62,144 nucleotides of DNA, filler included, from a bacterium (GCA_041690355.1; 4 parts of 4 records of this genome joined end to end with filler, not necessarily neighbours in it), one strand, 5' to 3'. Positions 8,855-19,142 are shown, numbered from the whole stretch's first letter. The notes: a model not told the origin generated them from the letters alone. Translations and numbers: made by a program.

Positions 8855-10358
8855 TATCGATTCCCGCCAGGTTCCGCGCGAGCGCCTTCTTGCGCTCGAC
8901 GTCCATGCCACGCAGAATCTGGATACGCTGGGCCTGCGGACTCCCCGCGCCGTGCATCGATTCCGTCAGATACCCGACGGCGTTCCGCCCGAGCGTCATG
9001 TTCTCGATGAGGCGCAGGATGCGCATCCGGTCTTCCACCGCCACCCCTTCGCGGCCGGCAAGGAACTTGCGCACGATGTCGCCCACGGCCTCCGAGGCGA
9101 GATCCTTCTCGCTCGGCATCGTGACCATGATGCCCCCCGCGAGATCCTGGGCCAGGCGCGCAATTTCGTAGGGGAACCGGGTGACGTTGTGCTTGCAGAC
9201 GTTCGCGAGCATGGCGTCGTTCATGTAAATCCCCGACGCGAGCGGCTTCGCGGCATAGGAGGACGCGATGCCCGACGAGAAGATCGTCTCGTTCAAGTGC
9301 GTCATCTCGACGAGCTTGTCCTTGATGTGCGAAACCGACTCGACCCCGTTGTAATCCGCAATGCCGGCGGCCGCGCCGATGAGCACGTCGCCGAGGCCGG
9401 TCTTGCAGACATAGCTTGCGCGGTGGTAGGCCGTAAAGCGCGCCACCATCTCCTGCGCGAACTCGTACTCGCCGTCCATCAGCACGTGTTCCCACGGAAT
9501 GAAGACGTGGTCGAAGTGAACGAGCACCTCCTGCCCGCCGAACTTCGCGTTCCCCTGATCGATGGGCACCCCCTCGAGCGCCCGCGAGTCGCTCGCCTGG
9601 CGGCCGTAGATGTAGGTGATCCCCTCCGCGTCGCCCGGAATCATGCCGACGACCGCGTAGTCCTTATCCGCCGCGGTCATGTTCATGGTCGGCATGACGC
9701 AGATCCAGTGCTGGTTCCACCCGCCGGTCATGTGGGCCTTGGCGCCCGTGACGAAAATTCCCTTCTCGTTGCGTCCCGAAACGTGCAGGAACATATCGGG
9801 ATCGGCCTGCTCGTTCGGCCGCTTGCTGCGGTCTCCCTTCGGGTCGGTCATTCCCGCGGCGATCAGGATGTTCTTCTCCTGCGCGAGCGTGAGGAAATCC
9901 AGAAAGCGCCGGTGGTAGGGCGTGCCGTGCTTCGCGTCGATATCGTAGGTGATCGAGTGGAGCACCGACAGCGTATCCAGCCCGGTGCAGCGCTGAAAGC
10001 AGGTGCCCGTGAGCTGGCCCATCCGCCGCTGCATCCGGTTCTTCATCACGAGGTCGTCGGGCGACGTCGGCAGGTGAAGGAAGCGATTCACCCGCCGGTT
10101 CAAATACGGGGAATGGGCCGTGGCGAGCTCGGGGTCGGCGATCGCCAGGTCGTAGCTCATCCGGAGCGCGTTGATCGACGGGCGGATGACCGGATGATCC
10201 ACCGGTTCTTCAATCCGCTCGCCCATGAAGTAGAGATGCGTGCCGCGATTGCGCAGGCTCGCGACATACTCGTCGCCGGTAGTGATGACCGGCATGCGCG
10301 CCCAGCGCTCGGCGGCCGTTTCCAGTTTGCGCTCGGGCAGGGTCTGTGCACCGCTCAT
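8841..10358 (-). CDS. abfD: 4-hydroxybutyryl-CoA dehydratase / vinylacetyl-CoA isomerase
   Basis: TGTCFQRCTGLD and HRASYVCK Fe-S ligands, MTDPKGDRSKRP, GAKAHMTG, ESMHGAGSPQAQ. Confidence 0.88.
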   Translation of the reverse strand: MSGAQTLPERKLETAAERWARMPVITTGDEYVASLRNRGTHLYFMGERIEEPVDHPVIRPSINALRMSYDLAIADPELATAHSPYLNRRVNRFLHLPTSPDDLVMKNRMQRRMGQLTGTCFQRCTGLDTLSVLHSITYDIDAKHGTPYHRRFLDFLTLAQEKNILIAAGMTDPKGDRSKRPNEQADPDMFLHVSGRNEKGIFVTGAKAHMTGGWNQHWICVMPTMNMTAADKDYAVVGMIPGDAEGITYIYGRQASDSRALEGVPIDQGNAKFGGQEVLVHFDHVFIPWEHVLMDGEYEFAQEMVARFTAYHRASYVCKTGLGDVLIGAAAGIADYNGVESVSHIKDKLVEMTHLNETIFSSGIASSYAAKPLASGIYMNDAMLANVCKHNVTRFPYEIARLAQDLAGGIMVTMPSEKDLASEAVGDIVRKFLAGREGVAVEDRMRILRLIENMTLGRNAVGYLTESMHGAGSPQAQRIQILRGMDVERKKALARNLAGIDTSYE

Positions 10359-10416
10359 GGCTATCCCCTCGTGGCAGGTTCCCGTTCAAGGGGAACCCCT
10401 GATGTTCCGCAGTCGA

Positions 10417-11562
10417 CTAAGCGAGACACTCGATGGCGCGGCTCGCCTGCAGCGCCTCGATGTCGGCATCGGCAAATCCGAATTCCCGCAATACTTCGCG
10501 CGTGTGCGTCCCCACCGGCGTCACGGGCTGCGGCGCCCCCGGCTTCGTGCGGGAAAACCGCGGCGACGGCGCCGGCTGCATCATGCCGCCGACCTCGAGA
10601 AACGTGCCGCGCGCCTTGTTGTGCGGATGCGCGGGCGCTTCGCCCAGACCGAGCACGGGCGCGTAGCAGACGTCGGTTCCCTCGAGAATCGCGTCCCACT
10701 CGTCGCGCGTCTTCGTGCGGATGATCGTCGCCAGCTTCGCCTTCATCTCGGGCCAGCGCGCCATGTCCATCTGGTTGCCGAAGTCTTCGGCCGGCAGCTC
10801 GAGCTTCTGCATGAGCAGCGCGTAGAACTGCGGCTCGATGCTCCCGATGGAGACCCACTTGCCGTCCTTCGTCTCGTAGACGTCGTAGAAGTGGGCGCCG
10901 CTGTCGAGCAGGTGCGTGCCGCGGTTGTCGTCGAACATGCCCATGGAGCGCAGCCCATAGAACATGGCCATGAGCGTGGCCGCGCCGTCGACCATGGCGG
11001 CGTCGACCACCTGCCCCTTGCCCGTGCGCTGGGCTTCGAGCATCGCGCAGACCATGCCGAACGCGAGCAGCATGCCGCCGCCGCCGAAGTCACCGACGAG
11101 GTTCAGGGGGGGCACCGGGCCTTCGCCGCGGCGCCCGATGGCGTGCAGGGCGCCCGTGAGCGCGATGTAGTTCATGTCGTGGCCGGCGGCGTTCGCGAGC
11201 GGGCCGTCCTGACCCCAGCCGGTCATGCGGCCGTAGACAATCTTCGGGTTCCGCGCGAAGCACGCCTCGGGGCCCACGCCCAGCCGCTCGGCCACGCCCG
11301 GCCGGTTGCCCTCGAAGATCGCGTCGGCCTTCTCGCACAGGCGCAGCACGGTCTCGACCCCCTCGGGGGATTTCAGGTTCACGGCCACGGCCTTGCGGTT
11401 GCGGAAAAGGACTTCGTGGCCGATCATGGACGACGGATTGCCGCCGGGACGATCGATGCGGATGACCTCGGCCCCCATGTCGGCCAGCATCATGCCGCAG
11501 AAGGGACCCGGGCCGATGCCCGCGAGCTCGAGAATGCGAAAACCGGAAAGCGGACCCGCCAT
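10417..11562 (-). CDS. CaiB/BaiF family III CoA-transferase (alpha-methylacyl-CoA racemase-like)
   Basis: AGIGPGPFCGMMLADMGAEVIRIDR, GRMTGWGQDGP, GHDMNY, NLVGDFGGG. Confidence 0.92.
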   Translation of the reverse strand: MAGPLSGFRILELAGIGPGPFCGMMLADMGAEVIRIDRPGGNPSSMIGHEVLFRNRKAVAVNLKSPEGVETVLRLCEKADAIFEGNRPGVAERLGVGPEACFARNPKIVYGRMTGWGQDGPLANAAGHDMNYIALTGALHAIGRRGEGPVPPLNLVGDFGGGGMLLAFGMVCAMLEAQRTGKGQVVDAAMVDGAATLMAMFYGLRSMGMFDDNRGTHLLDSGAHFYDVYETKDGKWVSIGSIEPQFYALLMQKLELPAEDFGNQMDMARWPEMKAKLATIIRTKTRDEWDAILEGTDVCYAPVLGLGEAPAHPHNKARGTFLEVGGMMQPAPSPRFSRTKPGAPQPVTPVGTHTREVLREFGFADADIEALQASRAIECLA

Positions 11563-11664
11563 ACGTCAACTCCACGCACGAGTGCAAAGAAGACAGTATA
11601 AACAAAGCGCTTCCGGTTATCTACCGCCTGGTCGGCGGCTTTGCGCGCCCCCTCGGGCCCCCGT

Positions 11665-12024
11665 TCAGGCGCAGAACGACTGCACGGTCGCGAGCAGGAC
11701 GTCGAAATCGATCGGTTTGCGTAGAAAAGCCTGGGCCTCAATGTCGCCGACCTCGGGCGTTTCCGATACGGCCGACACGACGACCACCGGAGCCGCTCGC
11801 CCCAGGGCCCTGAAGCGCGTGAGAAACTCCCAGCCGTTCATGACCGGCATCATGAGGTCGAGCAGGATGACGCATGGATCCTCAGTGCTTTCTTCGAAAT
11901 AGCGCAGGCCCACCAGCCCGTTCTCGAAGGCGAGCGTGGGGTATCCTTCATACTCGAGTAGCTCGGCCAGGCTTTCGCGGATCTCGGGTTCATCTTCGAT
12001 GATTACGACTCTGGCTGGTTTCAT
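11665..12024 (-). CDS. Single-domain response regulator receiver
   Basis: IIEDE, ILLDLMMPVMNG, VSA, FLRKP. Confidence 0.92.
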   Translation of the reverse strand: MKPARVVIIEDEPEIRESLAELLEYEGYPTLAFENGLVGLRYFEESTEDPCVILLDLMMPVMNGWEFLTRFRALGRAAPVVVVSAVSETPEVGDIEAQAFLRKPIDFDVLLATVQSFCA

Positions 12025-14009
12025 GACACCGGAAGGGAAAGAAAAAAGGTGGTCCCCTCCCCTTCGGCGCTCTCGACGCTGACCGCGCCGCCGTGCGCTT
12101 CGAGGATGGCTTTGGCAATGTAGAGGCCGAGCCCCGAGCCGAAATCCTTCGCGTTCTCGCCCTGCCAGTTCTTCTGGAAGATGTTCGCGAAGTGCTCGGC
12201 GGGGATACCAGGGCCCTCGTCATGGACGCGGAATGCAATCGCGTCTCCGTCGCGGCGCGCGCCTACCTCGACGACGCTGCCGGCGGGGCTGAACTTGAGC
12301 GCATTGGAGATGACGTTCGCCAGCGCCTGATACAGACGCTTGTGATCGACCGACAGGGTCGCATCCTGCTCGATACGCTCGACCGAAAGCGTGAGTCCCT
12401 TGTCCTGCGCCAGCAGCTGAAAGCCGTCCTGAACTTCTTCGAGCAGGGCGTTCAGCGAGACCGCTTCACGCGCCAGGCGAAACCCGCCTCCTTCCTCAAT
12501 CTTGGCCACGAGGTTGAGGTCTTCGATGAGCGCCATGGCGCGCCGGGCGGCCCGCGAAATTCGATCGACGGGCTTCTCGAGCCGGTCGTCTCCGGCCAGC
12601 CGCTTCAGCAGAACGGCACTGATCTCGATCGCATGCAGTGGGTTGCGCAGGTCGTGAGAAACGATGGAGAGAATGTCCTGCCGGTTGCGGATCGCCTGCT
12701 GCGCGTCGCGGTACAGGCGCGCGTTGTCGATGGCCACGGCCGCGCGCCCCGTCAGTTCCTCGGCCGTATCGCGATCGAGATTATCGTAGTACCGGTTCGA
12801 CTCACCCTGGATAAAGGTGATGGCGCCGATGATGCGGCCGCGGCTGCGCATGGGCACGGCGATCGACGAGCGCAAGCCCAGGCTGCGCGTGATGAGCAGC
12901 AGCTCGGGATCGGTGATGGCCGCCGTGAGCACGTCGTCGCCGATTTCCGGAAAAAACTCGGTTTCACCCGTATTCACCACGTTCGTCCGGTACATCGGCG
13001 ACTTCAGATCGACCGGATAGCGGCGGCGCAGTTCGCGGGCCAGCTCGACCTTCTCCCGGTCGCGGTGGCTCACGCAGACCAGCTCGAGCGAGTTGCCGTC
13101 GGCGGTCAACAGGTCGACCGCGAACCAGTCGGCGAAATCGGGCACCGTGATCTCGGCCAGGTTCGAGAGGGTCGTCTGGTAGTCGAGCGAAGAGGCGACG
13201 ATGCGGCTCGCTTTCGCCAGGTAGGCCTGCCGGGTTTCGCGGCGCACCTTCTCGGTCTGGTCGCGAAGAATGGCCGTAAACAGCTTGCCCCCCGGGGTTT
13301 CGACCTTCGAGATGGTGGCCTCGATGGGAAACACCGAGCCGTCCATGCGCCGCGCCTCGATGGCGCCGGGCCGGGTCATGCTGCGCGAGGTCACGCCCGT
13401 GCGGTCGAATTCGGCGATGTGGCCCCGATGCGCCCGGACGTACTTCTCGGGAAGAAAGGTCTCGAGCGGCAGCCCGATGGCCTGATCGGCCGCCACGCGG
13501 AACATCTGTTCAGCCGCGCGGTTGAAGACGACGATGCGATGGCTTTCATCGATCGTGATGACGGCGTCCATGGCCGACTGGATGATGCCGTCGAGCCGCT
13601 CCTTCTGCTCCAGATACTGCTGTTCGGCGCGGATGCGCTCGGAGATGTCGAGGGTCACCCCGCGAAGGCCCACCGGGCGTAGACGCTCGTCACAGACGAT
13701 CATGTAGTGCGATTCGCACCAGACGACCCGCCCCTCGCGGGCGACGATGCGCAGGCGCGAGACCGCGTCACGGCAGGAGTCGACCGCGCGCCGGATCTCC
13801 TCGGCAACCCGCTCGCTGTCTTCGGGATGGATGACCCTCGCCCAGAAGTCAGGCGTGTGCATCCACTCGTCGACGGTGTATCCGAAGAGGCTCTCGACGG
13901 CGCTGTTGACGTACAGCATGGCCTGCCGTCCATCGGTCTCGAACCGGGTCTCCCAGACGACGCCGGGCACGCTTTCGAGCAGATCGAAGGCTCGGTCTCC
14001 CGATAACAT
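12021..14009 (-). CDS. Cytoplasmic PAS-PAS-GAF sensor histidine kinase
   Basis: Two PAS domains, GAF, VSHDLRNPL H-box, NALKFS, DEGPGI, GSGLGL; GGAGG upstream of ATG 14009. Confidence 0.92.
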   Translation of the reverse strand: MLSGDRAFDLLESVPGVVWETRFETDGRQAMLYVNSAVESLFGYTVDEWMHTPDFWARVIHPEDSERVAEEIRRAVDSCRDAVSRLRIVAREGRVVWCESHYMIVCDERLRPVGLRGVTLDISERIRAEQQYLEQKERLDGIIQSAMDAVITIDESHRIVVFNRAAEQMFRVAADQAIGLPLETFLPEKYVRAHRGHIAEFDRTGVTSRSMTRPGAIEARRMDGSVFPIEATISKVETPGGKLFTAILRDQTEKVRRETRQAYLAKASRIVASSLDYQTTLSNLAEITVPDFADWFAVDLLTADGNSLELVCVSHRDREKVELARELRRRYPVDLKSPMYRTNVVNTGETEFFPEIGDDVLTAAITDPELLLITRSLGLRSSIAVPMRSRGRIIGAITFIQGESNRYYDNLDRDTAEELTGRAAVAIDNARLYRDAQQAIRNRQDILSIVSHDLRNPLHAIEISAVLLKRLAGDDRLEKPVDRISRAARRAMALIEDLNLVAKIEEGGGFRLAREAVSLNALLEEVQDGFQLLAQDKGLTLSVERIEQDATLSVDHKRLYQALANVISNALKFSPAGSVVEVGARRDGDAIAFRVHDEGPGIPAEHFANIFQKNWQGENAKDFGSGLGLYIAKAILEAHGGAVSVESAEGEGTTFFLSLPVS

Positions 14010-14072
14010 CCGCGAAGGTCCTCCCATTCCGTAAGCACGGAAGCATACCACTCCGGGCGGTAGCTTGGCGAG

Positions 14073-14163
14073 AGTCGTCAGTCGACCAGTCGTCAGTCTT
14101 CAGTCGGCCCTGTCCGGTCCGGAATCAAGAATCAGGAATCAGGAATCAGGAATCAGGAATCAG
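14073..14163. repeat. Heptamer arrays (CAGTCGT)n and (GGAATCA)x6
   Basis: Six near-perfect GGAATCA units at 14121-14162; the array contains the stop codon of the adjacent minus-strand gene. Confidence 0.85.
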
Positions 14164-15359
14164 TGGAAACTGATCTCCGTCTCGTACAGGTTCGTGGGCG
14201 CCAGCTGGCCTTCGTGCCAGGAAAGATCCGGGCCGTCGACGTCATTCGAATAGTTGTAGACGACGAAACGGTCTTCCCCGGCCGGGAGGATGCTGGGGAA
14301 GCAGGTGTCGCCCCGCGAAGGGAGATCGAGTACGAACTCAACCGCCACGCGCTCCCGATCGATACGCCAGAGCGAGCAGCGCTTCGGATGACGCCAGTAG
14401 TCGAGCTGGTACAGAGCAAACCGCCCTTCCCACGAAAGATCGTCGCGGCCGAGATCGTAATTGCCATCTTCGGTCACATTCCTGCGGGCGATGAGCCAGA
14501 TCTCGCCGGCGTGCGCGAACAGCAGCGGCGAGTCGAACTTGCGGCGGTCGCGGTGGCAGGTCCAGGCCGTGAGGTCCTCTTTCGGCGCGCGGCAGACGAA
14601 GGACCCGAACCCCTCCGAATCGCCCGCCTCGTTGCGGCTGACAGCGAACAGATTTCCCTCGGCGTCGAACGCAACGTCGGTCTCGGACATGCCCCCCTCG
14701 AGCACGACCGGCCGCCCGGCATCGAGCGGAACCCATTCGTCGCCGTCGGTCGTCGTGAGCAGATACACCGAAAGGGGATCGCCCGAAAAGTTGTAGATGT
14801 TTGCCCCGCCTTCATACCCGACGAGAATCGGGCGGTCTCCCGAGACTTCCGGGAAGACCCTGATGCGCCATGGAATGAAATCGGCGCCGAAAGTCTCTTC
14901 CGGCGCCGTCCAGTCGCCGGGGCCGCTCCGCTCTACCCGCCACATGCGCCCCGGCTCGAAGGCGTTGGGATCACTCCCGAGCGAAGCGAAGTAGAGCTGC
15001 AGGCGTCCCCGCCACGCGAAGAAACGCGGTTCCCGCAGGTCGGTCCCCAGGTGGAACTTTGCTTCGAAATCCCACGTGCGGCGATCGGTCGAGCTGACCA
15101 CGTAGAGCAGCGTCGTCGAGCTCGCGAAGTGGCTGGGCGCCGTGCGGAAGGTCAGAAAGGTGCGCCCCTCGAAGGCCACGACATCGAGGTTGTTGTTGGA
15201 GACATCGGTCGTCACCTCGGCGGGAAAGCCTGACCCGGGTACCACCTGCCGGGTCGCGCCGAGCACGGGGCGTGGCGCTGACGCGGGAATGGGTTCCGCG
15301 GAACAGCCGGCGGCCGCAAGAACGACGCCCAGGGCGCCGAGGAGTGTGCGCAGAGTCAT
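14160..15359 (-). CDS. Lipoprotein, probable beta-propeller/sialidase-like fold
   Basis: Lipobox LAAAGC; Asp-box-like SSTDRRTW and TTTDGDEW. Confidence 0.7.
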   Translation of the reverse strand: MTLRTLLGALGVVLAAAGCSAEPIPASAPRPVLGATRQVVPGSGFPAEVTTDVSNNNLDVVAFEGRTFLTFRTAPSHFASSTTLLYVVSSTDRRTWDFEAKFHLGTDLREPRFFAWRGRLQLYFASLGSDPNAFEPGRMWRVERSGPGDWTAPEETFGADFIPWRIRVFPEVSGDRPILVGYEGGANIYNFSGDPLSVYLLTTTDGDEWVPLDAGRPVVLEGGMSETDVAFDAEGNLFAVSRNEAGDSEGFGSFVCRAPKEDLTAWTCHRDRRKFDSPLLFAHAGEIWLIARRNVTEDGNYDLGRDDLSWEGRFALYQLDYWRHPKRCSLWRIDRERVAVEFVLDLPSRGDTCFPSILPAGEDRFVVYNYSNDVDGPDLSWHEGQLAPTNLYETEISFH

Positions 15360-15399
15360 GCGCGTCAGTCTACCGGCGGGGCGCGCTGCTGTCCAAACA

Positions 15400-15640
15400 C
15401 CCCCACCTGGTGCACCTGTTGAACCAGGGCTCCCCCCGGGGGAGCAAACGGCGCGTTCCATCGGAGCACGCCGTCATCCATGTGCCACCCGCTCGGCCTG
15501 AGGAGCCGGCAATTCAGGTTTCTAACGCGGTTCCTTTGCGAACTGGAGACGACACCGGAGAGCTGACCGGCGTCTCGAAGGCCCAGAGCAGCGTGGGCAC
15601 CGGGTTCAAAAGCTTGTGCTCACATGTTCATGACCGGGCG
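15400..15640. ncRNA. Candidate structured non-coding RNA (possibly 6S-like)
   Basis: Several hairpins and end-to-end pairing GTCAT..CATGTG / CACATG..ATGAC across ~15473-15634; family not recognised with certainty. Confidence 0.25.
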
Positions 15641-15712
15641 CCGCTGGACCCGCTGGCCCTCGACAAGCGCAGGGCAAACAGTGGACGGGTCGGTATCAGG
15701 TATTCGGAACGG

Positions 15713-16918
15713 TCAGCTGAAGACCCAGACCCACTGGCCGATGCCCACGAGCACGCCGAGCACGCCGCCGACGAGAATCAGCTTCCACTCGTCTTCCTGG
15801 AAGACCGGGCGCAGCAGGCCGACGAATTCATCGGGCTTCAACGCCTGCATCTTGCCGCGCAGCGAATTCTCGATGTCGAACGCTTCTTCCGCATACGGAA
15901 CGGCCTGGCGCACGGGAACGTGCGAGCGGCTGGCAATCCGTTCGGCCATTTTCACGCGGGCCGATTTGTAGGTGTCCTGCCCGATCGCCAGCTCGACAAA
16001 CTTCTTGCGGCTGCCCGTGAACTCGTCGAACGACTCCATGACGTTCTTCTCGATGATCGCGAAGAGCTTCTCACGCGTCGATCCGCTGAAGAGCGCCTGA
16101 AGGATGTTCGAGGAATTGACGACCTCGTTGGCGATGAGCTGCGAATATTCGGCGGCGACCTCGTGCTGGCGCTTGAGAAACAGCCCCTGCACCTCCCAGG
16201 GACCGACGCGGCGCGGCTGCACCGGTTCGAAAATCAGTTTGAGCGCCAGCCAGTTCGTCAGGTAGCCGACGGCGAACCCGGCGACAGGAAGCACCCAGGC
16301 GCCCTTGTAGAAGAACCAGGCGGCCATCTGGAGGATGCCGAAGAAGAAACCGAAATAGAATCCCGAGTGCTCGATGAAGCGGAACTCCTTTTCGCCAGCC
16401 CGCAGAAAGATCTCGTTCAGGAGGGCCTTGTCGCGCAGCAGGGCGTCGATGACCATCTTCTTCAGGTCGAAGACGTCGCGGATGTTCGCACGCAGATCGC
16501 CGATCGTGTTCACGATGACGACGCGGGCGTCCTGCTTCGCGCGGTCCGTGATCCGCTTGCGCACGGGCTGGGGCAGCGCGCGCCAGGCCGTCGGGCTCTG
16601 CTCGGTCATGACGTCGTCGATCACTTCTTCGAGCAGTTCGTTGACGACGGGGCCCATCTCTTCGGCCACCCGCTCGGGATCGAGCCGTCCGAACACTTCC
16701 TCGACGGTGATGAGCCGGTTCGTGATCAGGTCGACCGCCTTGTCGGCCATCTTGCCCGCCTTGGACGGAATGATCCCCTGCCAGCCGAGATAGGGCGGCT
16801 TGCCGACGAAGTCCAGCGGGTAGAAGGTCATCTTCAGGGCCACGACGTTCGTGAACCAGCCGACCACGGCGCTGGTGATCGGGATGCTGGCGTAAGGAAG
16901 AAGTTCGAGGAGAGTCAC
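15713..16918 (-). CDS. DUF445 family membrane protein
   Basis: GWFTNVVALKMTFYP, GWQGIIPSK, GYLTNWLALKLIF, EDEWKLILVGGVLG. Confidence 0.85.
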   Translation of the reverse strand: MTLLELLPYASIPITSAVVGWFTNVVALKMTFYPLDFVGKPPYLGWQGIIPSKAGKMADKAVDLITNRLITVEEVFGRLDPERVAEEMGPVVNELLEEVIDDVMTEQSPTAWRALPQPVRKRITDRAKQDARVVIVNTIGDLRANIRDVFDLKKMVIDALLRDKALLNEIFLRAGEKEFRFIEHSGFYFGFFFGILQMAAWFFYKGAWVLPVAGFAVGYLTNWLALKLIFEPVQPRRVGPWEVQGLFLKRQHEVAAEYSQLIANEVVNSSNILQALFSGSTREKLFAIIEKNVMESFDEFTGSRKKFVELAIGQDTYKSARVKMAERIASRSHVPVRQAVPYAEEAFDIENSLRGKMQALKPDEFVGLLRPVFQEDEWKLILVGGVLGVLVGIGQWVWVFS

Positions 16919-17039
16919 GGATGCACCTGCGGGGATGACGCACAGGTAAAGTAGCCAGTCGGGAGTCGAGAGTCAAGCGTCGGGAGCCCGGTCGCCCTCG
17001 GTGCTCACGGTTGCGGGGCTTTGCAGAGAGGGTGCCCTG

Positions 17040-17390
17040 AAGGCGGCCCGCTCGCGCCGGTTCCGGCGCTCCCGGGCCCGGGGAAAATATCCAAACGCCC
17101 GGGTTTCCCGGGACTTCCGTCCCGGGCTACCACGAGCCGTCCCTCCGGGACTCTTTTTTGGAAACACCGTGAACCGGATGGGCGCACCCCGTTCCGCTAG
17201 TGCAGGACGCTCGAATGGGGGCGTTCAAGCGCGCATCCCTGGCGTCCTCGGCTCCCGAGTGGCTTCGTTCCCGGCAGCCGGGGACGCGAGTTCTCAAACG
17301 TGATCACGGTCCCGGAGGGACCCCCGGCCCCCCCCCCGGGCTCGGGAGTGCCGGCACGGCGATCCCGAGTCGTCCTTCGCGTGTCCAATA
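17040..17390. repeat. Cluster of REP-like palindromes
   Basis: GTCCCTCCGGGAC and inverted GTCCCGGAGGGAC; 17335-17385 matches ~21145-21195 in reverse orientation. Confidence 0.65.
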
Positions 17391-17415
17391 TCGCCGGTTG
17401 TATCCGCGCGAACGC

Positions 17416-18513
17416 TTACCGCGGCCGCTCCCCCGCGGGCATGCCGAGCGATTCCGCCACGCGGGGATGCACGACCGCCCCGTTCCACGTCGTGAGCCCC
17501 TCGCGCAACCCCGCATGCGAGCGCAGCGCCCCCTCGGGGTCGGCCGCGAGCACGCGAAGCCAGGGGAGTACGGCGTCGACCAGCGCAAGGGTACTCGTGC
17601 GCGCCGTGATCGAGGGCATGTTCGCCACCGCGTAGTGGATGACCTCGTCTTCCACATACGTCGGTTCGCGGTGGGTCGTCGGGCGGGTCGTCTCGAAGCA
17701 GCCCCCCTGGTCGACCGCCACGTCGACGGCGACGCTCCCGGGGGCCATCATGCGCAGCGTCTCCCGCGAGACCAGGTGCGGCGCCCGCGCGCCGGGCACC
17801 AGCACGGCGCCGATGAGCAGATCGGCCATGGCCACGTAGCGGGCGACGTTCGGCGCCGAGGCGAAGACCGATTCCACCCGCCCCCCGGCGTGCAGGTCGA
17901 CGTCGCGCAGCACCGCCGGCTGAATGTCGAGCACCGACACCCGCGCGCCGAGCCCGATGGCCATCTGCATGGCGCTGCGGCCGACGACGCCGGCCCCCAG
18001 AATGACGACGTGGGCGCGGGGCACGCCCGGGAGCCCCGAGAGCAGAAGTCCCCGCCCGCCGTGATTCTTCTGCATGGCCGTGGCCCCCACCTGCACCGAC
18101 AGGCGGCCGGCCACCATCGACATCGGTGTAAGCAGGGGAAGCGAGCCGTCGGCGTCGGTCACCGTCTCGAAGGCCACGGCGGTAACGCGCTGATCGACGA
18201 GCACCTGGGCCAGCCGGGGCACGGCCGCGAGGTGCAGAAAGCAGAAGAGCAGCGTTTCGCGGCGCAGGCGTGCGTATTCGTCGGGGATGGGCTCCTTGAC
18301 CTTGACGACGAGTTCGGCCCCCCAGACGGCCTCTTCGTCGCCGATCCGGGCGCCGGCCGCTTCGTAGGCTTCGTCGCGCAGCCCCGCCCCCAGGCCGGCG
18401 CCGCGCTCGAGGATCACCTCGTGTCCGTCGGCGCGCAGCGCGGCCACGGCGTCGGGGGTCAACGCCACGCGGAATTCGTCGGTTTTCCGCTCGCGGGGAC
18501 AGCCGATGCGCAT
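17416..18513 (-). CDS. ald: Alanine dehydrogenase
   Basis: MRIGCPRERKTDEFRVALTP, VKVKEP, LPLLTPMS, GAGVVG, DVAVDQGGCFET, YAVANMP. Confidence 0.95.
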   Translation of the reverse strand: MRIGCPRERKTDEFRVALTPDAVAALRADGHEVILERGAGLGAGLRDEAYEAAGARIGDEEAVWGAELVVKVKEPIPDEYARLRRETLLFCFLHLAAVPRLAQVLVDQRVTAVAFETVTDADGSLPLLTPMSMVAGRLSVQVGATAMQKNHGGRGLLLSGLPGVPRAHVVILGAGVVGRSAMQMAIGLGARVSVLDIQPAVLRDVDLHAGGRVESVFASAPNVARYVAMADLLIGAVLVPGARAPHLVSRETLRMMAPGSVAVDVAVDQGGCFETTRPTTHREPTYVEDEVIHYAVANMPSITARTSTLALVDAVLPWLRVLAADPEGALRSHAGLREGLTTWNGAVVHPRVAESLGMPAGERPR

Positions 18514-18603
18514 GCCTCCAGCATACGCCGGCGCCGCGAAATTGCGGCGAGCGCCTTCCGGGTCGGCGCCGTTGCCCTTGACGCCGGCGCGGGTTGCGCG
18601 CGC

Positions 18604-18924
18604 TCAGAGTTGAATCAGGTACACGAGAACGCAGCCGGCCAGGATCACGGCCGATCGCAGCGCTTCGCCCGAGCGGGCGCGCGGGTTCATGAGGCGCTGG
18701 CGGAAGGGGCGGCTCTGCGACGCGAAAAGATAGAAGAGCGCGAGCAGGCCGACGAGAAACGGCGGCGCCCCGCGCACGATGGCGACCATGATCGAGGTCT
18801 CCGGGGGCGGAAAAACGACGGCCAGGACGGCGATCGTCACCCAGCCGAGCACGGCAAGGCCCCAGACCTGGTGGACGGTCATGAGCAGAAGATCGGAGCT
18901 GTGGGGGGGGTCGAGACGCGACAT
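18604..18924 (-). CDS. Small membrane protein, hypothetical
   Basis: Three hydrophobic segments. Confidence 0.55.
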   Translation of the reverse strand: MSRLDPPHSSDLLLMTVHQVWGLAVLGWVTIAVLAVVFPPPETSIMVAIVRGAPPFLVGLLALFYLFASQSRPFRQRLMNPRARSGEALRSAVILAGCVLVYLIQL

Positions 18925-19042
18925 GGCAGACATACTCTACCATTCGGCCAGCCGGGGGCGCGAGGAGCGACCCCTCGACCCGGCAGGGGGCTTGAAAACA
19001 ACCGGCCGATCAGTGCGACGCGAAGGGGATGGCCAGATCCTT

Positions 19043-19142
19043 NNNNNNNNNNNNNNNNNNNNNNNNNNNNNNNNNNNNNNNNNNNNTTAATTAATTAANN
19101 NNNNNNNNNNNNNNNNNNNNNNNNNNNNNNNNNNNNNNNNNN
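19043..19142. other. Artificial contig linker
   Basis: N-run + TTAATTAATTAA (stops in all frames) + N-run. Confidence 0.98.

Noticed and set aside
8802-10724. Long antisense or alternate-frame ORFs (e.g. 8802-10724, 12093-13682, 17200-19098, 19292-21370, 59913-61160)
   Set aside because: Shadow ORFs of real genes in high-GC DNA; no recognisable motifs.
14073-14163. Heptamer arrays and dispersed repeats as CRISPR arrays
   Set aside because: No constant-length repeats separated by unique spacers and no cas genes.
15497-15550. CTGAGGA as a hammerhead ribozyme core, or a glycine/guanidine riboswitch
   Set aside because: No properly placed stem II plus GAAA; riboswitch consensus elements are incomplete.
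19043-19142. TTAATTAATTAA inside N-runs (also 48635-48734 and 58293-58392) as a biological repeat
   Set aside because: Identical 100-bp all-frame-stop spacer; an assembly concatenation artefact. No linkage across contigs was inferred, and contig 4 may not even be the same organism.
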